In this document: positions 7,336 to 18,200 of the stretch, piece by piece
Layout: every line of letters starts with the position of its first letter
Numbering within the stretch: the first letter of the stretch is position 1
NCBI GenBank assembly: GCA_964489405.1
Contig: CAZAYL010000002.1
Span: forward strand, 1-62,680
Source of the DNA: an uncultured Lachnospiraceae bacterium
GTDB taxonomy: Bacteria > Bacillota > Clostridia > Christensenellales > UBA1242
Direction of reading: 5' to 3'
Length of the DNA stretch: 62,680 nt
The notes under the pieces: model-generated
Told to the model about the DNA's origin: nothing
What the model saw: only the letters and a program-made list of their open reading frames with translations
Database searches by the model: none
Program-made: the position numbers and the translations under genes

Positions 7336-9693
7336 ATGTTCAACAAAAAAAAGGGAAAACAGAATAATAATAGCCTTTATTCTCACTTAAGTCCGATGGA
7401 TGCACAGTATTTTTCACAGTTGGACGAAAGTATTGCTCTTGCACAAAAGAAAAACAATAAAAACTTTTATGAGTTTTTGATAGACAAAAAACAATTTGAT
7501 ATGAATTATATCAAAGTCAAAGACGACAATAAAATTGGTAAAATAGACTTGCTTCCCACAAGTCTTTTGTCTATTTTAAATAACCGCGACAATGAAAAAT
7601 TGTTTGAAAAATATAAAAAAGACACAATGCAAGTTGCAAATATTTTGTTTGACAGCAATATGACAATTCAAGAGATTTGCGCCACGGCGTGTGAGTTTGT
7701 TAGATTGTCGACTTCCACTTTTGATAGATACGACAGCGAGAGCGTGCAAAATCCACAAAGCGTACTTTGCGGGCTACTTAGCACAAATGTGTATGGTATG
7801 CTCTCATTTTACTTTGGCGTCAGCAATTCTGTCGACCGAACGCAATTAGTTGCGTGGCTCATAAATGCGGGACTTGATATAAAACATAGTTTAAGTTACG
7901 CCGAGTGCCTTATCGACGCATACGGAAAACCCGTATGCCACATTGTTGACTTTAGCGGTAAAATGGGCGTTTCGTTTGTTGATTATGTCGGGGTCGCAAA
8001 TGCCTACACAAAAAAGATTGAGAGTCTTGCAGGACTTTGCGATTTTCTTGATTTTACAAAGGAAATTGAAAATGGCAAAAAGCGCGCGCTGAAACTTTTA
8101 ACAAAGTCTGTGCCAAGCAAACTTATGGTAAAAAATTCTAACCTTGAAAAAGCTTTGACCACTATGACGCAAATGGCATATCAAAAGATGTCGGACATCA
8201 CGCCGTGTGATATGAATATGTTGTCTTCTTTCGACGGTAAAATTTGGAAATTCTCTACACTTTGTGAGCTTTTGCTTTTCGCAAACAATGCTGAATATGA
8301 AGTCGTCCTTGACCTATTCGACGAGAACCAATATTCCTTGAAATTAAAACTCAATAGCAATAGCAATGAGAAATTTAAAATATTCCCCAATAAGGTTATT
8401 GATGAAGAATATAAATTAAATGAACCCAAAATTTACATCCTAAATAAATTAAATAATCAAACTGCTTTATCCCCTGAAGATGATTTCTTTAATGAACAAC
8501 TTGAAAACATTGGGCGCGATAATAGTGCAAAAGACGAATTTTCATTCGACGATTTCGAAATTTCAAATAATACTCAAAGTAAACAAAGTGAGTTTTCTTT
8601 TGACAATTTTGAAAACTTTGAACCAATGCCTGCATCTGACGTTTTAGATAATTTGAATCTACACTTTACGCCAAAAGAAAACGAGAGCTTGTCATTTGAA
8701 AATGGACAATTCAAATTTACCGACGACGATATGAATGAATTGTTTGACTTGTCTAATACCACGCAAGTCGACTTTGACAAAGCTGACGCTGAACAAAAAA
8801 TGCTAGAGCAGTCTATCGGTAAACAACCAACTAAAAAAGAAGAAGCAAAGCACAAAGATTTCTTTGAATTGCTAAATGAAATGACTGAGAAAGTAAAGGA
8901 AAATAAAACTAGACGCCTAAAAGAAGAATACGAAAAACTTGAGAAAAATCACGAACTAAAAACTCTAGAAAAAATTCCACCACAACAAAATGTTGATGTG
9001 GCAAATGCATTAGAAACTCAATCTCAATACGATTTTGAATTAGATGACAAACCAATTAAAAACGACGAAAATATTCTTATAAATGAAAATAGTATAGAAA
9101 ATAGTGATAATGCAGAAATTGACAACTTGCTTGCATTTTTTGACAACATACCGGCACAAAATGATAGTTTACCTACACAAAATGAAGCGTCGCCTACGCA
9201 AGAAAATACAGCCAAACAAACTGAAAGTCTTGAAAATTATGACAATATTTTTGATTTTAATCAAGATTTTAATAATCAAGAAAATGAATTAAATGAAATT
9301 ATTGACAATGACATTCAACTCGATGAAATAAACCCTTTGAGTGAAATTAATACCTTAAATAATATAGACACAAATGAAATAAATACCATAGATGAAGCCA
9401 ATGCACTAGATGATTTAGACACGTCAAATGAAAATGATGAAGCATATAGTATTTATGACGACTTAATGCAGTTCAGTGATTATAATTATAACCCTAATGA
9501 ATTAAGTGGCGAAAATCTTGACTTAAGCACAACTTCCAAAGAACAACCAACAACAAAAGTCGATACGGACGCGCAGTCAGTTCACGCAGAATTGCCGAAA
9601 CGTGCAAAAGCCCCCGCAAAAGCGCAAGCAAATTTTGCACCGTCAATCCCGCGTCGAAAGCCCGCGCCCAAAATACCTAAAAGAAAGAAATGA
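7336..9693 (+). CDS. Hypothetical 785-aa protein: about 370-aa N-terminal domain, long acidic low-complexity region, basic C-terminal tail
   Basis: AGGAG SD; no signal peptide or TM. Short motifs recur (EFSFDDFE / EFSFDNFE). D/E/N-rich from about nt 8458. Tail is PKRAKAPAKAQANFAPSIPRRKPAPKIPKRKK. Confidence 0.7.
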   Translation: MFNKKKGKQNNNSLYSHLSPMDAQYFSQLDESIALAQKKNNKNFYEFLIDKKQFDMNYIKVKDDNKIGKIDLLPTSLLSILNNRDNEKLFEKYKKDTMQVANILFDSNMTIQEICATACEFVRLSTSTFDRYDSESVQNPQSVLCGLLSTNVYGMLSFYFGVSNSVDRTQLVAWLINAGLDIKHSLSYAECLIDAYGKPVCHIVDFSGKMGVSFVDYVGVANAYTKKIESLAGLCDFLDFTKEIENGKKRALKLLTKSVPSKLMVKNSNLEKALTTMTQMAYQKMSDITPCDMNMLSSFDGKIWKFSTLCELLLFANNAEYEVVLDLFDENQYSLKLKLNSNSNEKFKIFPNKVIDEEYKLNEPKIYILNKLNNQTALSPEDDFFNEQLENIGRDNSAKDEFSFDDFEISNNTQSKQSEFSFDNFENFEPMPASDVLDNLNLHFTPKENESLSFENGQFKFTDDDMNELFDLSNTTQVDFDKADAEQKMLEQSIGKQPTKKEEAKHKDFFELLNEMTEKVKENKTRRLKEEYEKLEKNHELKTLEKIPPQQNVDVANALETQSQYDFELDDKPIKNDENILINENSIENSDNAEIDNLLAFFDNIPAQNDSLPTQNEASPTQENTAKQTESLENYDNIFDFNQDFNNQENELNEIIDNDIQLDEINPLSEINTLNNIDTNEINTIDEANALDDLDTSNENDEAYSIYDDLMQFSDYNYNPNELSGENLDLSTTSKEQPTTKVDTDAQSVHAELPKRAKAPAKAQANFAPSIPRRKPAPKIPKRKK

Positions 9694-10967
9694 AAAAAGA
9701 ACATAATATTTTTAATGGCGCAGACGTTGTCGAAATGATGAATAAAGTTAATAATGACATTTGTCAAGATACCGCCGAGAACGACCCTAAAGAATTTGAA
9801 AAAATTGAAAAATTATTGTATGAATCTTTTGGACTAAACAAAAATAAACACAAAAATAAATTAGGAGAAAGTTCACATTCGGCAGTTCTTGCAAATATGA
9901 TGAACGCTGAAATTTCAAAAAAAATAGTCTTATCAGCAAGCGCGCAAAATTCGCTTGCGAAACAAATCGTCGACGCCTACAAACAAAACAAAAAAATTGA
10001 AAAATATTTAGACAACACAGATATTTTCCAATTTGCTAGCGACTATGAGTGCGAATTAAATGTAATTGTCGAGTCTTTATTTGTCGGCGATGAGAAGTTC
10101 AAACAAATTGTCAGTAGATGTTTGAATTATGCACAATTTTCTAACATTTATGCCTTTGACAAAGAATTTGAAAAGATGAAGAAAATCAAGAAACGCCACA
10201 CTGATTTTGAACGCGCTGTTTTTAAATCTAACTCCCGCTATGCAATTATGGCGGTCGAACCACTTACAGGGTTAGGACAATCTGCATATATCGCGCTATT
10301 CGGGGGCAGAACCGTTTGCGCAGGTATTGCAACAACTACCGCAAGCATTATGGATTTAGCTTTTCAAAAATGCAATATTGATGCAAAAGCGTTCGTATCA
10401 AGTACTGATACACACGCTTTTGTGGGAATAGAAAAGGGTGAAAAAAGTTATATCGTCGACCCAACAAATTATTATGGCTCTTTCAAAGAAATTTTGCGCG
10501 ATGAAAAAGAACTTGCACAACAAGTCGACCAAAAAGTCAAGACCTTTGATTTGAGAAAATACGACGCTGATGAGCATTTCGCCGTCGTCGACCACTTTGT
10601 AAGGAAGTTTGGAATGCAAACCAAAATCAACAAAATTATAAATTTTGATGACACAATTCCAATGAAACTCGCCAAAATTATCTCATTTATGCAAAAAAAT
10701 TTGTCAAATATGTCAAAATTAATTTATCCCAAAGCAGTCATATTCGACGGCTACGAAATAAATGTTCAATTTTGCTTTGAAATGTGCTTACTTTGTGCAC
10801 ATATTCCATACAAAACTGGTTGCGCCAACGACGAATTTGTGATAAAAAATCCAAAAGAAAAGTACATAATTGACACATCTCGCATTTTTGACGCAAAAAA
10901 CAATGTCAACGAATCAAAAAAATTTTTGTTCATAAAACCTCAATCGGAGATAAATCGTGATTTATAG
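9690..10967 (+). CDS. Hypothetical 425-aa protein with transglutaminase-like (papain-fold) Cys-His-Asp pattern
   Basis: ATGA overlap with the upstream ORF suggests translational coupling. GGRTVCAGIATT (Cys codon 10317-10319), THAFVGI (His 10413-10415) and IVDPTN (Asp 10458-10460) have the spacing typical of the transglutaminase-like core. Confidence 0.65.
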   Translation: MKKEHNIFNGADVVEMMNKVNNDICQDTAENDPKEFEKIEKLLYESFGLNKNKHKNKLGESSHSAVLANMMNAEISKKIVLSASAQNSLAKQIVDAYKQNKKIEKYLDNTDIFQFASDYECELNVIVESLFVGDEKFKQIVSRCLNYAQFSNIYAFDKEFEKMKKIKKRHTDFERAVFKSNSRYAIMAVEPLTGLGQSAYIALFGGRTVCAGIATTTASIMDLAFQKCNIDAKAFVSSTDTHAFVGIEKGEKSYIVDPTNYYGSFKEILRDEKELAQQVDQKVKTFDLRKYDADEHFAVVDHFVRKFGMQTKINKIINFDDTIPMKLAKIISFMQKNLSNMSKLIYPKAVIFDGYEINVQFCFEMCLLCAHIPYKTGCANDEFVIKNPKEKYIIDTSRIFDAKNNVNESKKFLFIKPQSEINRDL

Positions 10968-11799
10968 AAAAATAGAAAACAACAAAGTGCAATCTATTAA
11001 ACAGTGCTTGCAGTATTATTGCGGAGATATTTCAAAAATGCAAATCAGTCGTGCAATTTTGGACAAAGATGTCAAAGTCAACGGCAAGCGAATCAAAACA
11101 AATATTGCCGTCTATGAAAATGACATTATCGAAGCGTATTTCAATGAAACCAAACAAAATGTTTTTGATATTGTCTACCAAGATGAAAATATTTTAGTCA
11201 TCAATAAAAAAAAGGGCATTGAAACTGTTAGTTTTGACGAAAACAAACAAACTTTGCAAACCCTTGTGCAAAAAGATTTTGCAAATGCTAGAGCCGTCCA
11301 TAGAATAGACACTAACACACTTGGGCTTATTGCATTTGCACTCAACGACACCGCAGAAAAAGAATTGCTCGACGCTTTCAAAACTGGCAATGTCGTAAAA
11401 AAATACTATGCTGTAGTTAGTAGCCATAACATCAAGGACAATGAAACTTTTGTAGATTACTTTATTAAGCCCAATAATTCAATTGTTAAATTCGGCGCAA
11501 GCGAAAAGGACGGCAAACAAGCAAGTTTGTCGTACCAATTAATAAAGCAAGTCGGCGACCTTGCACAAATTGAAGTCGATTTGCACACTGGCAAAACACA
11601 CCAAATTCGCGCACAACTTGCCTACCACAAAATTTTCATTCTAGGAGACGGAAAGTATGGCGACAAAAATTTAAATCGAAAATACAAGAAAGATGTACAA
11701 GCTCTTATTTCAGTCTATCTCCGCTTTGAAAATCTTGTCAACCTAAAATATTTGCAGTCTTTGCCTTTTGATATTCGTAAAATCACAAATTTATTGTAA
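10957..11799 (+). CDS. RluA-family pseudouridine synthase with S4-like N-terminus
   Basis: 280 aa with catalytic motif HRIDTNTLGL, plus GKTHQIRAQLA and LVINKKKG. Confidence 0.8.
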   Translation: MIYRKIENNKVQSIKQCLQYYCGDISKMQISRAILDKDVKVNGKRIKTNIAVYENDIIEAYFNETKQNVFDIVYQDENILVINKKKGIETVSFDENKQTLQTLVQKDFANARAVHRIDTNTLGLIAFALNDTAEKELLDAFKTGNVVKKYYAVVSSHNIKDNETFVDYFIKPNNSIVKFGASEKDGKQASLSYQLIKQVGDLAQIEVDLHTGKTHQIRAQLAYHKIFILGDGKYGDKNLNRKYKKDVQALISVYLRFENLVNLKYLQSLPFDIRKITNLL

Positions 11800-11859
11800 T
11801 AATTTTTGGCACAATAATAATTGTCAATAAATATAAATTATAGACAATATTATTTTGGG

Positions 11860-11897
11860 GTATCTAAACAATTAAATTAATTGTTTAGATACTTTTT
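11860..11897. terminator. Bidirectional terminator hairpin
   Basis: gtatctaaacaatt / aattgtttagatac, a perfect 14-bp stem followed by ttttt. Confidence 0.75.
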
Positions 11898-11916
11898 ATA
11901 TTGAGATTAGACGTGA

Positions 11917-13062
11917 TTATTCAATGATTGTTATACCAAATTTATACAAAAGCGTGTGGCGATTTAATAATGAAGTGTGTTTAATTGTATCAATCAATGT
12001 TTCACACTTAAGCTTACAAAAAAGCGAATATCCCGAATCATCGATTAAATTTTTTACATAAAAAGATGTCTTTTGATATAGATTTTGGAAAGACTCCGCC
12101 AACTTTTCTAAAAGTTGTGCATACACCTTGTAAATATAATTCAATTTTTCGTCCATATTCGCAGGGACTTTGGCAAGCGCTTGCGCATATTGCCCTAGCG
12201 AAACCCTTTGCTCAAAGTCGTCGCGCATAACATAAAGGGGAGATTGCAATTCATTCTTAAAATATATCTCATACAAAACCGCCAGCATTTGTGAAAACAC
12301 AAAATTAATTTTTGCAAAATCTTTGAATTGTCGCACATTTTTTATTAGATATGTATGTGTCAAATAATACGAATCGCAAAATGGGACGTCATCAACAAGC
12401 CCGTATTGTACAACCAACAATAAGTTGAGTTTTAGCAAAAATTTACGGTCGTCATCATTCTCAAATTTGCCGTTTGTTTCCAAAAGTTCAAAGTATGTGT
12501 CAAAAATCATTTTTGTATTTAGCGCGCAACGGGTTTGGAAAAATTTGTCGCAAAGATAAGATTCAAACACCCCCAACAAGTGCGCCATCGTTTGCGAAAA
12601 GGCGTCAGCAAAATCAAATTTAGGCATAGAATACACCAAACTTGCGCGCAGTTTGTGTTTGATAAAAATCGGCATTGCATCCATTATTGCGTATGGGCAT
12701 TGCGTGTATACACTCAAATACGTGTCCGTTATATACACGTACGGAACATCAATTTTGTTGCTAAGCAATTTTGCCAAATTCAGCGCGTGTTCATCGCCGA
12801 ACGCCACCAAAAGGCGTGTGTTTTCTTTCAATTGTAAGCGCGCCAAATTGACTCCCGCTAAATTATAGCAAAGCTCGGGCGGAATTTCTACAAAAGTAAC
12901 TTTATAGCATTTGCGCAATTTATCAACTTTATTAAAAAGATTTTGCCCCACAATCGCAATTTCTTGAAATTTATACTTAGTAAATATTTCGCAAAATTGC
13001 GTTTCAACGTCGTCGGTTAAAAAAATGTTATTCTTTATAAAATATTCATCTATTTCTTTCAT
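11917..13062 (-). CDS. Hypothetical protein, possibly a degenerate iron-ADH / dehydroquinate-synthase-like fold
   Basis: The start is most plausibly the ATG at 13062 (MKEIDEYF). VAFGDEHALNLAKLLSNKIDVPYVYI weakly resembles the GGG-x-D-x-AK...P-x-I-x-IPT region of that fold, but the glycines are missing. Confidence 0.5.
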   Translation of the reverse strand: MKEIDEYFIKNNIFLTDDVETQFCEIFTKYKFQEIAIVGQNLFNKVDKLRKCYKVTFVEIPPELCYNLAGVNLARLQLKENTRLLVAFGDEHALNLAKLLSNKIDVPYVYITDTYLSVYTQCPYAIMDAMPIFIKHKLRASLVYSMPKFDFADAFSQTMAHLLGVFESYLCDKFFQTRCALNTKMIFDTYFELLETNGKFENDDDRKFLLKLNLLLVVQYGLVDDVPFCDSYYLTHTYLIKNVRQFKDFAKINFVFSQMLAVLYEIYFKNELQSPLYVMRDDFEQRVSLGQYAQALAKVPANMDEKLNYIYKVYAQLLEKLAESFQNLYQKTSFYVKNLIDDSGYSLFCKLKCETLIDTIKHTSLLNRHTLLYKFGITIIE

Positions 13063-13068
13063 ACGTGC

Positions 13069-13077
13069 ATTATAACA
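13069..13077 (-). promoter_or_regulatory. Extended -10 element (TGtTATAAT) 6 nt upstream of ATG 13062; leaderless candidate
   Basis: The minus strand reads TGTTATAAT-GCACGT-ATG. It sits directly after the terminator of the upstream lipoprotein gene. Confidence 0.5.
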
Positions 13078-13090
13078 CAATAATAATAAC

Positions 13091-13127
13091 AAAAAATGCC
13101 AATTCTTGTTTGAATTTGGCATTTTTT
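13091..13127 (-). terminator. Rho-independent terminator after the lipoprotein gene
   Basis: aaaaaatgccaa / ttggcatttttt, stem with flanking A/T runs. Confidence 0.7.
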
Positions 13128-13141
13128 GTCGTTTTTGTCCA

Positions 13142-13612
13142 CTATTTCAAATATTTTAATTCGTTTGAAATCTCATTCCCTTTATAATAAATTTGTCCAA
13201 TTGTATCTTTGGTAGTCTCGAACACAATTTGTAGGTTATCCCCGCAATCTACTTTGATTGTAATTTTGTCACTAAATCCAGATGTTACTTTCCTAGTAGT
13301 CGTTGTTTCTCCCCCAATGCTAATCGTTATAGTTTCTATTTCCGTTGACGTGATAAAATTTTTACCTTTTAATTCTTCCCCATTCACAAAGGTTGTGAAA
13401 TCTTCACATACAAATTCCAAATCTTTTTTCTCGCTCATATTCAACACAAGTACCTGTGCATACACATACCCGTCCCCCGTCTCGCCCTTCTCGTCAAATT
13501 GCATCATATATTCTTTATTAGAACTGCCACACGCCGAAAATAACACTATAGCACTCATCAAAATTAAGGACATAAACACCGATAAAATTTTTACTTTCTT
13601 TGTATTAATCAT
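13142..13612 (-). CDS. Small lipoprotein, unknown function
   Basis: 156 aa with a signal peptide and lipobox (IVLFSAC-GSS). GAGAGG SD. Confidence 0.7.
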   Translation of the reverse strand: MINTKKVKILSVFMSLILMSAIVLFSACGSSNKEYMMQFDEKGETGDGYVYAQVLVLNMSEKKDLEFVCEDFTTFVNGEELKGKNFITSTEIETITISIGGETTTTRKVTSGFSDKITIKVDCGDNLQIVFETTKDTIGQIYYKGNEISNELKYLK

Positions 13613-13679
13613 TTTAACCTCTCTAATTTATTTTTCGATTTTCAATCAATTTATTAATTCAAAATAATTGTTTGCTCTA

Positions 13680-14978
13680 CTACGTCTTGCGCGTCATCAC
13701 AGTCAACGACTCAATACTATTAGTCTGTGGGAACATATCATAACTCTCCACATACTCAATATTATACATTCCTGACAAATCACGCAAATCTTTTGCAAGA
13801 CTCGTTGGACTACAACTCATATAAACAATCTTTTTCGGCGCAAGTTTAATTATCTGCTCAACAACCTGCTTACCCGCCCCCTTGCGCGGTGGGTCAAGGA
13901 AAACAACAAGGTTTGCCCTTTCATTTTCTGAAAAGTCAAGCGTTTGCAAAACTTTAGCACAATCTCCCGCATACGCGATGATTCTGTCGTCCACGCCATA
14001 TTTTTGTGCCATTTTCTTTGCCGACTCAACACTACTCTCAACGCATTCGACACTGCATACATAGTTTTTGTTCTGCGCGAACAAAACACTCGTAACGCCA
14101 AGCCCCGAATACAAATCAAGCACAACATTTCCCTGCCCAATCTCATCAATAATGTGCTTATACATCATCTCGGCGACTTCAAAATTCGTCTGTGTAAAAT
14201 TAAGCGGAGAAACTTCTATATCTAAATTGCAAAGTGAAATTGTTTCTCTCTCATCTCCCACAATGCATTTAGCATCTTTGTAATTAAGTAGTGTCGACGT
14301 TGCAAATTGTTTTGCACTCCAAAGCGAAACAACGTCAAACTGCTCCTTTAGGTAACCGTAAAATGCCTTATTGCACTCCCCGTTACTCGTCTGCACAAGC
14401 ACTAAAAGTTTGCCATCATAGTAATTTGCAAACACGCTCTCAAACATAGCATCTGTATCGACAACAAATTTTCTTATCGCACTAATTAATTTTCGGGAAT
14501 AATCGCCACAAATCAAACACTCGTCAATATCAACAATATTGTGTGTTTTATTTTCAAAGAAACCAACACGAACCTGCCCGTCGCGTTTCTCAACCTTTAG
14601 TTGCAAAGCATTCCTATACTTAAGTCTTTTCTCTCCGCAAATTGTTTCCTTGACATCAATGTCGAAATTTGTTACTTTCTTTATTGTCCTTTGTAGACTT
14701 AATTTTTTGAATAATTTTTGCGTGTCGTCGTCCATATGCATCAACTTGCACCCCCCACACCTACTAAAGTATGGGCAAGTTGGCGTCACGCGACGAAAGG
14801 ACGGCTCGATTACTTTAAGTTGATTGCACCAATGCAAATTGTCTTTTTCTTTGACAATCTCGGCAGTAACCGTTTCGCCCTCTAACGCGCCGTCTATAAA
14901 ATAGACTTCATTATCAATTCTCGCTATGCCTTCCCCCTCGACGGACATATCAATTATTTTAAATTCTTTTGTTTCCAT
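13680..14978 (-). CDS. RumA/RlmCD-family RNA (uracil-C5)-methyltransferase with TRAM domain and Fe-S cysteines
   Basis: Probable start is METKEF at 14978. Cys cluster CPYFSRCGGCKLMH; SAM motif LDLYSGLG; LDPPRKGAG; catalytic YMSCSP. Confidence 0.85.
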   Translation of the reverse strand: METKEFKIIDMSVEGEGIARIDNEVYFIDGALEGETVTAEIVKEKDNLHWCNQLKVIEPSFRRVTPTCPYFSRCGGCKLMHMDDDTQKLFKKLSLQRTIKKVTNFDIDVKETICGEKRLKYRNALQLKVEKRDGQVRVGFFENKTHNIVDIDECLICGDYSRKLISAIRKFVVDTDAMFESVFANYYDGKLLVLVQTSNGECNKAFYGYLKEQFDVVSLWSAKQFATSTLLNYKDAKCIVGDERETISLCNLDIEVSPLNFTQTNFEVAEMMYKHIIDEIGQGNVVLDLYSGLGVTSVLFAQNKNYVCSVECVESSVESAKKMAQKYGVDDRIIAYAGDCAKVLQTLDFSENERANLVVFLDPPRKGAGKQVVEQIIKLAPKKIVYMSCSPTSLAKDLRDLSGMYNIEYVESYDMFPQTNSIESLTVMTRKT

Positions 14979-15184
14979 ATATTTCTCTCTAATAATGTTT
15001 CTATAATTATAGCAAATAATCGAAAAAAATGCACTTATTTTCAATATAGTTTTTTATTTTTTTGCCCAAAACCCCCATTTTCTCTATAATTTTCGCCATT
15101 TTGCCCCCTAGTTGCAAACTCAACAAAATTACATTAACGCATAAATTTAGTCGAGTCACACCATTCTCTACTATATGTATTTTG

Positions 15185-15212
15185 AAAAAAAGTGGCAACT
15201 ACACCACTTTTT
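15185..15212 (-). terminator. Terminator after the giant surface-protein gene
   Basis: aaaaagtgg / ccacttttt stem with an 8-nt loop and a T-run on the minus strand. Confidence 0.65.
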
Positions 15213-15296
15213 CCCAAAATCAACTTTATGCCTTTTAAGTAGATAAATTTTAGATTTGATTATTTATTTTTATTAGACAAATCTACGTCAATTTCA

Positions 15297-18200
15297 TTAG
15301 ACTTCCCAAATAAGTTTAGGGTAATTGCCCGCAACGCAACTAAAGTATGTGTTTGCTTTATTTAGTTTGTCTATAATTGCCCCATCAGTTCCACTTTCCG
15401 CCTGCAATTTCTCTTTTGTTGTAATTTCCATTTTTACTGTATCAAGTGTTTGAGTAGACATCGTACAAGCGTTCGGAATTCCAACTCCCTCAATATAATA
15501 TGAGTTGTTGATATACGAATTCACGCTATTTGTATTCCACCCCACAATTGCACCAGTATTTTCAGTGAAAGTTTCGTCATTGTCGTTGTAAATATATGTT
15601 GTCCCGACATTATAGCACGTATCAATTATTCCCCCCGCAATCAACCCGACAATACCGCCAACCTTTGTTCCAGATTCAGAAGAATCATCGCCATTAGCAC
15701 GTGCGTTGACAAGGCCCGTGTTGTAGCAAGCTATCACTTGTGGCATAATGGCACCCGTTTCACTAGCACTTGTGTACTCAATCGTTCCCGCAATGCCACC
15801 TGCACGCGCAAACGCGCTACCAAGTTCTCCTTGGCTCGGTGTTGCATTAATAGAAGCCGAGTTCTTACAACTTTCAATTACTCCCGCAACCCCAACACAA
15901 TAGCCCGCAATTCCGCCAACATATGTGCCTTGAATTTGTTTTTCGCTACCTTCAATTACTCGCGTTTCACAATTTTTGATAACACCCGAGTTATACCCCA
16001 CAATACCCCCTGCATAAACAAATGTTTTTGTGTTTGTAGCATTAATTCTAATTTGCGAAAGACAATTTGCAATCACGCCCGTATTAGTATTTTCGCCCGC
16101 AATTCCGCCAACGTATGTTTGTTCTCCCCCTGCTGAATATGCTGATGTGATACCATTTGTAGTGCTTGTTGCCTTGACATTCTCAATACTCCCGCTATTT
16201 TTAGCAGTTACAAGCCCAATTTTGTAATACGAACCGCTGACTGTGAATTTTTCCAAAGTAAAATTCTTAACAACTCCACCAGCGGATATTGATGAAAATA
16301 ATCCAAATTCGCCAGTTCCCCCGAAAGCACTCGAAGTGTCATCTCCAGTACTAAATGTAATCGTATGATTGTTACCGTCAAAAACACCTTCAAAGCCATA
16401 ATCGCCAAGTTTCGCAAAACTCAACGTGTCTTTTGTTCCAAGCGGGGCAAAAGATGAACTAATCGTAACATTTTCGTCTAATTTAAATGCTTTATCATAT
16501 AGATAGTTAAGGTATGTCAATTGCTCTAATGCTGTATAAGTTTTCGCGCTCACGCCCTCGCCGTCAGTGAATCCTTTGATTATATAAGGGTCATCTGTCT
16601 CCCCACTTCCTGATGAGAACAAGTTAAACAAATACTCATCAGCAAGTTCCGATGTATCACTTTGAATGCAGTTTTCGCCAACCGCATAGACAAGTAGTTT
16701 ATACTTGCCAAGTTTGTTAAGTGTGTGGAATGTTTTACTATCGGCAAATTCGATATTGATTGTCCCCATATCAAATTCTTGCCCTTTCTCAGCATAGTAG
16801 TAACCGAACATATATTTAACATCCAATTCCTCACTACCCTCGGAAGCGGTCCAACGGAACACGCCATAATCAGCGCTCAAGTCTGTCGGCGCGCCAAGTT
16901 TCGCGCCATTAATTTGCGCTATGTCTGAATTTATGCAACTAAAACTCTTTGTGGTCGTATTTCCGTCCATAACTATATCTTTAGTCACAACATCTCCGCT
17001 TGCAAAAACTCCAAACACATACTGTCCAACCCACAATTCATCATTGCCAAATCTATAGTAGTTGGTGTCAACATTTATAGAGTTAGGTATTGTTTTATAA
17101 GTGTATGAAATTGAATAATTCAGTGCATTATCAACCGCATTCCATTCAAGACGCCCAACGTGTGCCTTTTCTTCAGTAGTCGCACCTTCAAAGTTCGAAT
17201 TAATGTGCAAGTTCTCAGGAGTTGCCATTTTGTATGCACAAAACTCTTCAGACGAAGCAGAGTTTAAATACCCCCCAGACCCAACTTGTTGCTCAGTCCC
17301 CAATAATGTAACTTTGACAAAATAATATCCTGTCTCAATTTCTTTGAATTCAAATGAATTTTCTTCAATATCTTCATCCTTAACTGCAACGCCACTATCG
17401 TTCATTATAACTATATGATATTTTTGCGCGCCATTTGATGCCCAATTTAGCACGCCGTTCTCTACATATAATATGGTTTGCTTTAATTTTTCTATCCAAA
17501 TTTCATCCGACGGGTCGCTCGTCAATTTATCTATGCTGTCCCCGACACAACGCACAGCGACTTCATATCCCATAGCACTGTACGCATCGCCAAGTGAATA
17601 GGTGGTATTAGTTTCAACATCTTTAATATACGTATCGTCGTTCAAAATTAATTCATAACTGGTTGCTCTTTCGTTTCGTGTCCACGAAATATCCCCATTT
17701 GTAACACCTAAATCTTTAGGCGCATTTAATTTCTCGAGCTTTTGAGTGTATTTATAAACATCTGAGTTGATGTATTTTGTGTCATCACCTAAAACGCTGA
17801 TAGAAATTTTGTAAGTTCCCATTTCTCCTGTCGGCAAATAATAGTTTTCAGACTTTGGTTGTAAATATGTTTCATAAGAAAGCGTATCCCCGTTAAGTTC
17901 ATCAGATTTGTAGACGTAAATTTTATATAGTGTTGCGTTGTCAATACCTTTCCAATATAATTGTCCGTCCTTTACCTGAATGTCACCATTCTCAGCAATT
18001 GGCGTCTTTAACTTCTCAACACTAAACTCCGCACTCTTATCGCTCGAAAATATTGTCGAGCCATTTCCCATTGCTGTAATCGAAACGCTGTATTCGCCCG
18101 CAGTAAAATTTTCCCCTAACTCAAACGTTGTAACATTTTTACTATTGTAGTAATCTGTTGGCTTTGATTCCGATAATAATTTCCCTATTTCAATTTTGTA

